From the NCBI GenBank assembly GCA_964291405.2, contig OZ219926.1:1333825-1397824 (forward strand): a stretch of DNA of 64,000 nt, in the 5' to 3' direction. Below the pieces are notes generated by a model, which was not told where the DNA came from, did no database searches, and saw only the letters and a list, made by a program, of their open reading frames with translations. This document shows positions 9,186-18,231 of this stretch, piece after piece. A program made the position numbers and the translations under genes. Numbering within the stretch: position 1 is the stretch's first letter; each line of letters begins with the position of its first letter. Origin of the DNA: Thermodesulfobacteriota bacterium. GTDB taxonomy: Bacteria > Desulfobacterota > Binatia > Bin18.

Positions 9186-9366
9186 TCACATACGAAGAGA
9201 GGTCTTGCTGAGGCCTCGCCCAGCCCTCTTGGCTTTCCAGAGATGTTGGTCGAATGGCACCAGATGCACCCCTTGGCCTCGGCGTGTTGTCCAAGCACTC
9301 CTCCTGACGCGATCATCCGACGATCACTTTATTATGGGCTTTTAACAGACTCTCTGGAGGGGAAAA

Positions 9367-10020
9367 ATGAATAGATATCTTTTGGCCCCAGTCGCTTTCG
9401 CTATGAGTACGGTTCCAGCCTTTGCGCACCACCCGCTCGCCGGTGCGCCGATGGAAACCCTCACCGACGGAATCCTATCCGGCGTTGGACACCCGCTCTT
9501 GGGCTTTGATCATCTCTTCTTCGTCATCGCCGTTGGCGTGGCGGCGCTGTACACCGGTCGCGCGAAACTGGCAACGGCAGCCTATGTTGGCGCGATGCTG
9601 ACTGGGTGCCTGCTGATGAGTTTTGGCCTTGGTCTTCCTGTCAAGGAATTTGTGATCGGCATGTCGCTGCTGGTTGTCGGCTCTCTCATTTTGTCCGGTC
9701 GTGCCCTGGGTCTTACGCCGGCTGTCGGACTTTTCGCGGTTTTCGGCCTGTTCCACGGCTCAGCCTTTGGCGACACGATCGCGGCCCAGGAAGCAGGGGC
9801 GAGTGCTGCTGTTCTGGTCGGCTATTTGGTCGGGCTTGGCCTGGTGCAATACGGCTTGGCGCTCTTGGCCGGATTTGTTGTTCACAATCTGCTGAAAGCA
9901 ACAGCGGCGCAACATATTCATGCCCGCCTGGCGGGCGCTGTTGTTGCTGGTGTCGGCATGTTTTGCACGCTTGAGAATATCGAAGGCCTCGTCTTCAATA
10001 TGTTGGGCCTGGCTGTCTAG
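9367..10020 (+). CDS. HupE/UreJ-family membrane protein (putative Ni/Co transporter)
   Basis: 217 aa. It has a signal-like N-terminus, the motif GVGHPLLGFDHLFFVIAVG (HPxxGxDH) and multiple hydrophobic helices. Confidence 0.75.
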   Translation: MNRYLLAPVAFAMSTVPAFAHHPLAGAPMETLTDGILSGVGHPLLGFDHLFFVIAVGVAALYTGRAKLATAAYVGAMLTGCLLMSFGLGLPVKEFVIGMSLLVVGSLILSGRALGLTPAVGLFAVFGLFHGSAFGDTIAAQEAGASAAVLVGYLVGLGLVQYGLALLAGFVVHNLLKATAAQHIHARLAGAVVAGVGMFCTLENIEGLVFNMLGLAV

Positions 10021-10272
10021 AGAAGCCAAGCCATCCGGCGCTGAAGTCCTGCATCCCGTGAAGCTGTTTGCGAAAGAGATTCTGCCAGGTCTGCCTTAAG
10101 CTGGTTCAATAAGGGAAGAACACCTCATGGCAGAAACACAAGAAATCATGTCGGGCCTCCTGTCGTGGTACAGGCTACGGAAACGGTCCCTTTGTGTCAT
10201 TTGGCCCGTTGTGCACGGCTTCCCGTTGGGACCGACGTGATCGGTCCCCTACTCTTTCATTCACCACGCGAT

Positions 10273-11415
10273 TTATCTCAGCCCCCGGAAGCAGGTGCGC
10301 ACCTCGCGTAGATACGACTCGGGTTGTTCGAACGCGGCAAAATGGCCGCCCTTGTCGAGTTCGTTGAAGTACACCACGTTCGCGAAGCGCTTCTCGGCCA
10401 AGCGTCTGGAGGTGTGAAAGATTTCCTTGGGGAAGATGGAGCATCCGACGGGGACGTTGACCGGATCCTGCCGGGCGAATGCCTCGTTGAAGCTCTCCCA
10501 ATACAGTCGTGCAGAAGATGTGGCGGTCGCCGGCAACCAATACAGCATCACGTTGTCGAGCAGCTCATCCCGCGTAACAACGTTCTCCGGATGGCCATCG
10601 CAGTCCATCCACGACCAGAACTTCTCGATAATCCAGGCCGCTTGTCCGGCGGGGGAATCGGTCAGACCATACCCGACCGTTTGCGGCCGGGTGCTTTGCT
10701 GCTTGGAATAGCCGGAGTCCCAGTCGTTGTAATACTTCATTTTTTCGAGCGCCGATTTTTCCTGTTCCGTCAAATCGTCCATCGTCGGATCGGGCATCGC
10801 CAGCACGAGGTTCATGTGAATGCCGAGGCAATTGTCTGGATCCTGCACGCCGATGTACATCGTCACCACCGCGCCCCAATCGCCGCCCTGGGCAGCGTAG
10901 CGCGTATAGCCGAGCCGCTGCATCAACTGCGACCAGGCGCGTGCAATGCGTTGCACCTTCCATCCGGTGCGTGACGGCTTATCGGAGAATCCGTAGCCCG
11001 GCAGCGACGGGGCAACCACGTGAAATGCGTCGGCAGCATCGCCCCCGAACGCGGTCGGATTTGTCAGCGGCTCGATGACTTTATGGAACTCGACGATCGA
11101 TCCCGGCCAGCCGTGCGAAATCACCAGCGGCATCGCATCAGGATGCGGCGAGCGAGCGTGAATGAAATGAATCCCCAGTCCGTCGATCGTGGTCCGGAAC
11201 TGCGGAAAGCGATTGAGCTGCTCCTCGCGCGCCCGCCAGTCGTATTGTTCGAGCCAGTATTGGCACAGCTCCTGCGTGTAACTGAGCGGGATACCCTGGG
11301 TCCAGTCGTCCACACATTCCGGCTCGGGCCAACGGGTGTTGCGCAGCCGCTGGTTGAGGTCGTCGAGCTGCGCGTCAGTTGCCGCAATGCGAAAAGGTTC
11401 GATATGATCACTCAT
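10273..11415 (-). CDS. epoxide hydrolase (microsomal-type N-terminal domain plus alpha/beta hydrolase)
   Basis: 380 aa. The N-terminus is FRIAATDAQLDDLNQRLRNTRWPE, followed by the HGWPGS oxyanion-hole motif and an alpha/beta-hydrolase body. Confidence 0.85.
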   Translation of the reverse strand: MSDHIEPFRIAATDAQLDDLNQRLRNTRWPEPECVDDWTQGIPLSYTQELCQYWLEQYDWRAREEQLNRFPQFRTTIDGLGIHFIHARSPHPDAMPLVISHGWPGSIVEFHKVIEPLTNPTAFGGDAADAFHVVAPSLPGYGFSDKPSRTGWKVQRIARAWSQLMQRLGYTRYAAQGGDWGAVVTMYIGVQDPDNCLGIHMNLVLAMPDPTMDDLTEQEKSALEKMKYYNDWDSGYSKQQSTRPQTVGYGLTDSPAGQAAWIIEKFWSWMDCDGHPENVVTRDELLDNVMLYWLPATATSSARLYWESFNEAFARQDPVNVPVGCSIFPKEIFHTSRRLAEKRFANVVYFNELDKGGHFAAFEQPESYLREVRTCFRGLR

Positions 11416-11723
11416 GAATTGCCATCCTTCCGATCATGGGTTTACAGCCAGCAGTCATCATAGGATGCCTTTACGTACCACAGACTCAGATCAGAATCAT
11501 CGGTTTCCACCCGCAACCATTAGCGACCAGTGACAACAAGGCTTGACAAAATCAATGAAACGAGAAGATATGGCACCAGCTTTTTTTGAGATACCGGGGC
11601 ATTTTCCTATCGGGATAGACTGCCGGTGAGGTGGCCGCACACTCACTCGTTTCCCATTAGGGCACTGGCTTCTCCTTCATTGGCATTTTCCTGGAAGACG
11701 CTCGGAAAGGGGAGGGAAATCAT

Positions 11724-12248
11724 ATGAGTGACACGATCGACGATCTGGTGGCGCGTCTGACACGCCTGGAAGACCTCGAAGCCATTCGGCATACGTGGCG
11801 GGACTATTGCATGCGACTGGATTCTGCGGATTGGAGTGCGCTCGGTGATGTGTTCACCGAGGACGCCGTCCTCGAGATGGATGGACTGGACCATCTGATC
11901 GAGGGACTAGATGGTCAGTATTGCGGCCGACAGACGATCATCAACGACTTCTATCGGCAGACCGGGTCTGTGCTTCCGCACGGCGCCAAGCCACTGTTCG
12001 TCACCGGTCATCTCAGCACAAACATGCAGATCGAGCTCCAGGGCGACGAGGCCACCACGCTCGCGTACTTTTTCGAGATCGTCGCGAACGATCGGGTGTT
12101 GATCGGGACGTATCAACATCGACTCCGTCGCGAAGCGGATCGCTGGCGGTTTCGCTTCTTGCGCATCGCGATTCGGTATCGGGCTCGGCTGGAAGCCACG
12201 GACGTAGGCGGCCAATCGCTGAACGACATCCTCGCACGTCCGGTCTAG
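11724..12248 (+). CDS. SnoaL-like / NTF2-fold protein
   Basis: 174 aa. LEDLEAIRHTWRDYCMRLDSADWSALGDVFTEDAV is typical of the SnoaL_4-type family. Confidence 0.65.
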   Translation: MSDTIDDLVARLTRLEDLEAIRHTWRDYCMRLDSADWSALGDVFTEDAVLEMDGLDHLIEGLDGQYCGRQTIINDFYRQTGSVLPHGAKPLFVTGHLSTNMQIELQGDEATTLAYFFEIVANDRVLIGTYQHRLRREADRWRFRFLRIAIRYRARLEATDVGGQSLNDILARPV

Positions 12249-12332
12249 CTTATCGCTGGTCGTCCTCCTGAACTCTTGCGTCCGCTGGACAGGGTGTGAA
12301 AGAACCACGGAGAGAAAAACAAGGAGGAAGAG

Positions 12333-13406
12333 ATGGCAGACCCACAGTTTGACCAGGCAAGAGCCGACGCCTTTTCCCAAAAGATGCTCGGCATCTTAAA
12401 TGACGCGAGTGTGGCCCAGATGATAGTCATCGGCCACCAAGTCGGCCTGTTTGACACACTGGCCGGCTTAGCCCCCTCGACGAGTGAGCAGATTGCGGCG
12501 GCGAGTGACTTAAACGAACGCTACGTACGCGAGTGGCTCGGAGCCATGGTGACCGGCCGGATTGTAGACTATGACCCTGCCGGGAAAACCTACCGCCTCC
12601 CGCCTGAGCATGCCGCCGCCATCACTCGAGCGGCCGGCCCGAAGAACCTCGCGGCGCTGCTGCAAATGGTGCCAATGGTGGCGAGAGTCCAGCAGGGCAT
12701 CGTGGACAGTTTTCGCAATGGCGGCGGCGTGCCGTATTCAGCGTTCAGCGACTTCCATCAGCTGATGGCCGAGGTGAGTGGAGCCGTCCACGATGTGTCT
12801 CTCGTGAACACGACCCTGCCCCTCGTCTCCCAGCTGGTCGAGCGTTTACGCACGGGCATTGACGTCCTCGACGTCGGGTGTGGAAGTGGCCATGCGGTCA
12901 ATCTCATGGCGCAAGCGTTTCCGCAGAGCCGCTTTACAGGCTATGACTTCTCGGAAGAAGGCGTCGCTGCGGGACGGGCGGAGGCGCAGGAGTGGGGGCT
13001 CACCAATACCCAGCTGGCCGTCAAGGATGCGGCCGAGCTCGACGAGGTCAGCCGCTACGACTTTATCACCGCCTTTGATTCTATCCACGACCAGGCGCAT
13101 CCCCGCGCCGTGCTCAAGGGCATTGCCCAGGCCTTGCGGCCCGACGGCACGTTTTTGATGGTGGATGTGAACAGCTCGAGCAATTTGGAGGAGAACCTCG
13201 ACCATATCCTGGGGCCGATGCTGTATAGCATCTCATGTATGCATTGAATGTCGGTCTCATTGGCCCTCCGGGGTGAGGGTCTCGGCGCGATGTGGGGCAG
13301 ACACAAGGCTCAGGAGCTGTTGAGCGAAGCCGGCTTTACTCAGGTCACCATCAAGAATGTGGAACAGGATATGATGAATAACTACTACATCTGCACGAAG
13401 GGCTAG
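12333..13406 (+). CDS. class I SAM-dependent methyltransferase with an in-frame UGA (candidate selenoprotein, C-M-H-U motif)
   Basis: ORF 12333..13247 ends in TGA (13245-13247). The same frame stays open for 52 more codons to TAG at 13404-13406. It encodes [52 protein letters not shown]. As I recall, this is the normal C-terminus of this family, where the TGA position is Cys (SC.HCM..SLA). The SAM motif is [10 protein letters not shown] hairpin lies 14 nt downstream of the UGA. Confidence 0.7.
13262..13281 (+). promoter_or_regulatory. candidate bacterial SECIS stem-loop for UGA 13245-13247
   Basis: Stem GGCCCTC/GAGGGTC (7 bp including one G-T pair) with loop CGGGGT. Confidence 0.55.
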
Positions 13407-13465
13407 CGAAGACGGCGGCATGTGGAGGGGTTAGAGGTTGTAGGGACAAAGATAGGCCGTTGTCC

Positions 13466-14644
13466 TTATGTGGGAGATATCTGAGTATCCTCCAGGCTTT
13501 CCATTTCCTCCTCCCATGTCATACGCTTCCTCAAGGAGTTCAAGACCGGTTCGGAAGGCAGGGCTTCAGGGAAAAGGACCCCTCGCTGCGTAATGGTCCC
13601 ATCGGCTAAGAGCATGATGGCAGCGACCGCTGGTCCGGTGATAATCAGGTTTCGATCGGCTGAAGCCCCACGAAACGTACAGCGGGTACGGACACCGTGC
13701 TTCTCTCCCTCGACATAGACAACGACCCCAAATCCAGTCCCCTTGGCAGCATCGAGCGCTGTAATCCGCTGAAATAGTGGGCTCTCGACAAAGTACCGCG
13801 AGGTCAAAAACTCCACCATAAAATCAAAGGGGACAATAGGACTCTCGCCAACTTGCAAGGGTTCTGTGGTGCATAAACGCGCGTCTCGCAGAAAGGTCAG
13901 GAGTGAGTTAAACTCCTCCACCCAATACCCACCCTTACACACGACTGCCTGCGGCTCCTTGAGCAGGGCACGAGAGGCGTGGAGCATCAAGGGCTCCCCA
14001 TGTCCTACTACCCGTACGGTCTGCCGACCGATCGGCGGGGGAAAATCTAAGCTTTCCTCCTCTGTCCAGGCCTGGATCTCTTGGATCTGGCCAGCGCGAC
14101 AGACAGGAACAGAGGCGCTCGCCATACCCATCCGATGGATCCACAGGGCGCGGGCAAAAACGCTGATGCTGGCAATCCAATTGAGACCAATCCGATCTAC
14201 GCGCTCCAGCCTATCTGCCCCAGCTCGGGCCCAGAGGTTCGTCAGTCCTGGGGAACCTCCGATTCCCAGGACGAGCGTACAGCCACGCCGCTCAGCTTCT
14301 CCACTATACTGAGCCGCCAGATCACTGACGTTGAGATCATCGTTGATATCGACATAGTGGACTCCCGCCTCTACCGCAGCGCGCATACCGGGCAGACCCG
14401 TATCGGAATACGGGCCGGCAAAGTTGCCGATGAGATCCGTGTTGCGCGCGGCCGCCAAGAGGGCCGTATGATCACGAATATCCAGACCGAGACCTGCGCT
14501 CGCCCCAACCTCTTGAGCAACCCGCTTGGCCCGCTCCCCGTCCAAATCTGAGACGACAAGTTCAGTAATACTGTTTTCCTGGGCCAAAAGCTTGGCAATC
14601 CGAGAGCCTTGGGTGCCCGCGCCTCCGAGTAGCAGCACACGCAT
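13466..14644 (-). CDS. saccharopine dehydrogenase-like NAD(P)-binding protein
   Basis: 392 aa. The N-terminal Rossmann motif is MRVLLLGGAGTQGSRIAKLL, and the architecture is typical of saccharopine dehydrogenase NADP-binding family proteins. Confidence 0.7.
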   Translation of the reverse strand: MRVLLLGGAGTQGSRIAKLLAQENSITELVVSDLDGERAKRVAQEVGASAGLGLDIRDHTALLAAARNTDLIGNFAGPYSDTGLPGMRAAVEAGVHYVDINDDLNVSDLAAQYSGEAERRGCTLVLGIGGSPGLTNLWARAGADRLERVDRIGLNWIASISVFARALWIHRMGMASASVPVCRAGQIQEIQAWTEEESLDFPPPIGRQTVRVVGHGEPLMLHASRALLKEPQAVVCKGGYWVEEFNSLLTFLRDARLCTTEPLQVGESPIVPFDFMVEFLTSRYFVESPLFQRITALDAAKGTGFGVVVYVEGEKHGVRTRCTFRGASADRNLIITGPAVAAIMLLADGTITQRGVLFPEALPSEPVLNSLRKRMTWEEEMESLEDTQISPT

Positions 14645-14676
14645 CAGTCCCCTCCCCTTGTGGCGAGCGCTCGTAT

Positions 14677-15318
14677 TTAGGCAGTCGCCCGCAGGCGGTC
14701 CGGCACTTCGAGCTCAGCGATCACTTCATCGCTCGTGAGCACCCGGCAGAAGGCCAGACGCAGAATTTCGAGGCTTGCCTCATGGGCCTGTTGCGAATAG
14801 GTGGCGTTGGCGTCGCTGACAAAAAACACCTTATAGTCCAGCATCGCAGCGTCCCGTGCGGTGGACTCACAACAGATATTGGTAGCAACCCCGGTGATAA
14901 TCAGACTTTCCCTTTTGAGACCTCGCAGGAGGCCCTCAAGGTTAGACGAGCCAGGAATGAGCGCGCTCCAGCGACACTTTTGGACCTGATGATCTTCAGG
15001 CTGGACGTCAAGCTCGGCGTAGAGCTCGACCCCCGTCGTCCCTTCGATCATGGGCGGCAGAAAATCCCACATCAGGCCGGCATCGCTGCCGTCTTTCCGT
15101 TCAACATGCCGGATCCAAATGACAGGGACTCCCGCCTGCCGGCACGTGTGAGCCAGCCGGTTGATGGTTGGGACGATCTCACGAGCGGCCGGGACCTCGC
15201 TGTGCGCTCCAGGTAGCAGGACGTCGTTCTCCATATCGATAACGAGAAGCGCGACGTTTGCCGGATCAATGTGCCAATCGGTTTTCCTGTGCGGATCAAA
15301 CGCTGTCGTGTGTGCCAT
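14677..15318 (-). CDS. isochorismatase-family cysteine hydrolase
   Basis: 213 aa. VALLVIDMENDV and ITGVATNICCESTARDA contain the catalytic Cys context. Confidence 0.8.
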   Translation of the reverse strand: MAHTTAFDPHRKTDWHIDPANVALLVIDMENDVLLPGAHSEVPAAREIVPTINRLAHTCRQAGVPVIWIRHVERKDGSDAGLMWDFLPPMIEGTTGVELYAELDVQPEDHQVQKCRWSALIPGSSNLEGLLRGLKRESLIITGVATNICCESTARDAAMLDYKVFFVSDANATYSQQAHEASLEILRLAFCRVLTSDEVIAELEVPDRLRATA

Positions 15319-15546
15319 GGGACATCCTCCTTTTCGTCAGCGAATTGTCAGATAATTCGTGCAGGGAGTATAGGCTCTTTGGCTTCTGCAAGTCAAAGAG
15401 ACATTGAAAAGCCAACCATACAGTCGAGCTAAGAAGATGACGAAGCCCTGCCCAAGGTCATGGGGACGAGGTTGCTCTGCCTATCCCCGAAGCCGCTCCG
15501 GTAATCAGGGCTACTTTATCTTCGAGTCGCATGGGTCCACTCTCCC

Positions 15547-17058
15547 CTATTTGGACAGCAAACTGGCCGCCACCCCATTCACTTGCACGGCGGGGGTTCC
15601 TGCGGCGAGCACAGCGGCGGCCTCTTTCTCGACCAGCGTGCCATTGAAAAAATCCGGGTTGGCGTCGGCCCAGAAATGGACCGGATTCGCCAGTACGAAG
15701 TCACGAAAATTGTCTGCATCCATCAAGCCATCTTCAACCAGTTCGTAGGCTTCGGGTAAGACCCCAGCCATGTCCGTCACGTCGAAATGGCCAATGTCCG
15801 AACCGAATAAGGCGTTCAACTGCGAGCCGAGCGGAAGATTCTTCCGATTAAAAGCCACGGCGTTCATTTTATCATCCGCCTCGCAGCCGAAATAAAAATT
15901 CTTGGCAAACAGCTCGTGAAAGTCCTGCTTCTTATCGATCTGGCACGCTGCGTAATCATCCAGATTCTCGATGCCACCCGTCTCGGGACCATACGGCTGC
16001 GTGACCGTGTCCAGGGGCGATTCACTCTCTGTTAACGCGTCGACGATTTCTTGACTTCCGTACGATTCAGCCAACTGCCGCAGCAAATCCACATCGAGAT
16101 TGTCTGGCCTGACTTCCTCCAAGGCGTCCACATTACGCTTCTCCCAGTGCTCGATCAGATCAACGTACAGCTGACACGCCCAGCCGACGCCGCCTTCCAG
16201 AAAACCAAACTTCAGGGTCGGAAACCGACGAGTCACACCGCCCAAAAAGAGCGCTTTACACACCGCTTCACCGGCAGCGGCAAAATGGCCAATGTGGTTG
16301 TAGCAAAAGTTCGAGGGCGAGACGCGCAAGCCGTAGCCTTTGCTACCGGAATGGAAGGTCGGCGAGAAGCCTAACTCGACACACTTCGCCCACACGGGGT
16401 CATAATCATGTTCGCTGTCGAGTCCGAGGACATCGTACCAGGCGGCAACGCCTGCGGCTGTGGGATGTTCTTCGGCAATAGCGGGTATCTGACGTCGCAT
16501 CATGCTGCCCAGCATGACGACCTTTAAGCCTAGTTGATGTTTCACATGTTCGAGTTCTGTAATGGCTTCTTCCGGCGTGTGCATCGGAATTACAGCCACC
16601 GGCGTCAGGCGATCCGAGAAGTTGCGAAAATAATCGGCACTAAATGTATTGAAGGCCCGGCAGGTCACCCGTCGCGTCTCGTCATCGGCAATCGTGGGGA
16701 GTGACAGACCTATAGTCGGATACATGACCGAAAAATCGAAACCGAGTTCATCCATGCGTTCATACAGCAACTGCGGCATAAACGCCGTAGCACGGTCGCG
16801 CGTATTCCTGGTTGGGAATCCCCAGAACCCCTGCTGCCCAATCCGTCGCTTACGCCGCTCAGCCACCGACATCGAGAGTTGCCGGTCGACCAGCGCGGGG
16901 CGTAATGAGAACCCCTCCGCGGCCATGTCCCCACCAATCTTTCGCAGCCGTTCCTCGACCAACGGCCCAAACTCCAGCCAGTGTCCGTCGGCGTCAATGA
17001 TCGGGTGGTTCAGCTGCTTCCGCAGTACTGTGTTCCTGGTAGTTCCGTTACGACTCAT
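15547..17058 (-). CDS. amidohydrolase-2 family metal-dependent hydrolase (ACMSD-like TIM barrel), long form
   Basis: 503 aa. It has the N-terminal metal-ligand motif IIDADGHWLE plus an HSG and a late D residue pattern. Confidence 0.75.
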   Translation of the reverse strand: MSRNGTTRNTVLRKQLNHPIIDADGHWLEFGPLVEERLRKIGGDMAAEGFSLRPALVDRQLSMSVAERRKRRIGQQGFWGFPTRNTRDRATAFMPQLLYERMDELGFDFSVMYPTIGLSLPTIADDETRRVTCRAFNTFSADYFRNFSDRLTPVAVIPMHTPEEAITELEHVKHQLGLKVVMLGSMMRRQIPAIAEEHPTAAGVAAWYDVLGLDSEHDYDPVWAKCVELGFSPTFHSGSKGYGLRVSPSNFCYNHIGHFAAAGEAVCKALFLGGVTRRFPTLKFGFLEGGVGWACQLYVDLIEHWEKRNVDALEEVRPDNLDVDLLRQLAESYGSQEIVDALTESESPLDTVTQPYGPETGGIENLDDYAACQIDKKQDFHELFAKNFYFGCEADDKMNAVAFNRKNLPLGSQLNALFGSDIGHFDVTDMAGVLPEAYELVEDGLMDADNFRDFVLANPVHFWADANPDFFNGTLVEKEAAAVLAAGTPAVQVNGVAASLLSK

Positions 17059-17175
17059 GATCGCCCTCCTTGCGCCGATTTTCGTATGTTCCTCTTCGCC
17101 GTTATCACTTGAGACACTTCACGGATATTCCGCGGAGAAGTCAAGCGGGACAGCGGGTGCTGTCTGACTGAACTT

Positions 17176-17390
17176 CTACCGAAAGGCGTTGCGGTGTGCC
17201 GCCGCCGGGTGGGTAGCCGGAAGCCTATCGTCACCAAAGATTTTTCGGCGCAGGGTACCGGGAGTGTACACCTCTTTGGCAAGCCCCCGCTTCCGCAGCT
17301 CGGGCATGACGTGCTCGATGAACTCCGTGTAGCTACCGGGGATGGTGGCGTTGATGACATTGATACCGTTTCTCCCCTTTCTTTTGACAC
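17176..17390 (-). pseudogene. C-terminal fragment of an NtaA/DszA-type LLM flavin monooxygenase
   Basis: The translation INVINATIPGSYTEFIEHVMPELRKRGLAKEVYTPGTLRRKIFGDDRLPATHPAAAHR matches only the last roughly 70 residues of that family. No upstream body is present, and it abuts the higBA module. Confidence 0.6.
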
Positions 17391-17417
17391 CCGATACGTA
17401 ACGGGTTACACTGCGCC

Positions 17418-17696
17418 ATGATTCGCAGCTTTCGCCACAAGGGATTACGGCAGCTTTACCGGACGGGCAAGACTGCCGGGCTGAATCCCCAATGGTTGAA
17501 ACGTTTGCGGGCCATCCTGGCGCGATTGGACGCCAGTACACGGCCCCAGGATATGGACCATCCGGGGTTACGGCTCCACCCGCTCAAGGGGGAGTGGGCC
17601 GGATTTTGGGCGGTCGAGGTATCGGGGAACTGGCGGGTGGTGTTTCGCTTTGAAGATGACGCCCCCAGCGACGTCGATTTGATCGATTATCACTAG
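17418..17696 (+). CDS. higB: HigB-type toxin (RelE/ParE superfamily, plasmid maintenance system killer)
   Basis: 92 aa, MIRSFRHKGLRQLY...LKGEWAGFWAVEVSGNWRVVFRFEDD...DLIDYH. Confidence 0.85.
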   Translation: MIRSFRHKGLRQLYRTGKTAGLNPQWLKRLRAILARLDASTRPQDMDHPGLRLHPLKGEWAGFWAVEVSGNWRVVFRFEDDAPSDVDLIDYH

Positions 17697-17708
17697 GAGC
17701 AAAAGACC

Positions 17709-18002
17709 ATGGTAATGCATAATCCTCCCCATCCTGGCGAAACGATCCGGGAACTGTGCTTGGAACCTTTGGGCCTGACGGTGACGGCGGCGGCGGAAGG
17801 TCTGAGGGTCTCGCGGAAAGCCTTGTCTGAACTGCTGAACGGCCATAGCAGTATTTCTCCGAGTATGGCCGTTCGCTTAGAAAAGGCTTTTGGTGGGAGT
17901 GCGGAAAGCTGGCTGCGGCAGCAAATGCAGTATGATCTATGGCAGGTGCAAAAGCAGGCCGGGAAGATCAAGGTCAAACGCTTTGAGTTGCCCCCGGCCT
18001 AG
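17709..18002 (+). CDS. higA: HigA-type antitoxin (XRE-family HTH)
   Basis: 97 aa. It contains [42 protein letters not shown] and lies directly downstream of higB. Confidence 0.85.
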   Translation: MVMHNPPHPGETIRELCLEPLGLTVTAAAEGLRVSRKALSELLNGHSSISPSMAVRLEKAFGGSAESWLRQQMQYDLWQVQKQAGKIKVKRFELPPA

Positions 18003-18231
18003 ACCCTGCGGTTGCGTCTCGGTATGGAGATAAGCGCTCCGTTGAAACACGACCTTCCAAAGCTGCGAGGATGGTAGGTGTATAGGGAAAATCCTTGGCC
18101 AATGGAAGGTTGCGTACTTCTCAAGGATTGTTGTAGATCAAATGGGAGACGCTCTAATTTTAGAGGCTTTCTTAACAGGAAGGACTGTAAAGCAGCGATA
18201 GGAAGCCATCCCTCCAGATTCCCAGCAACGT

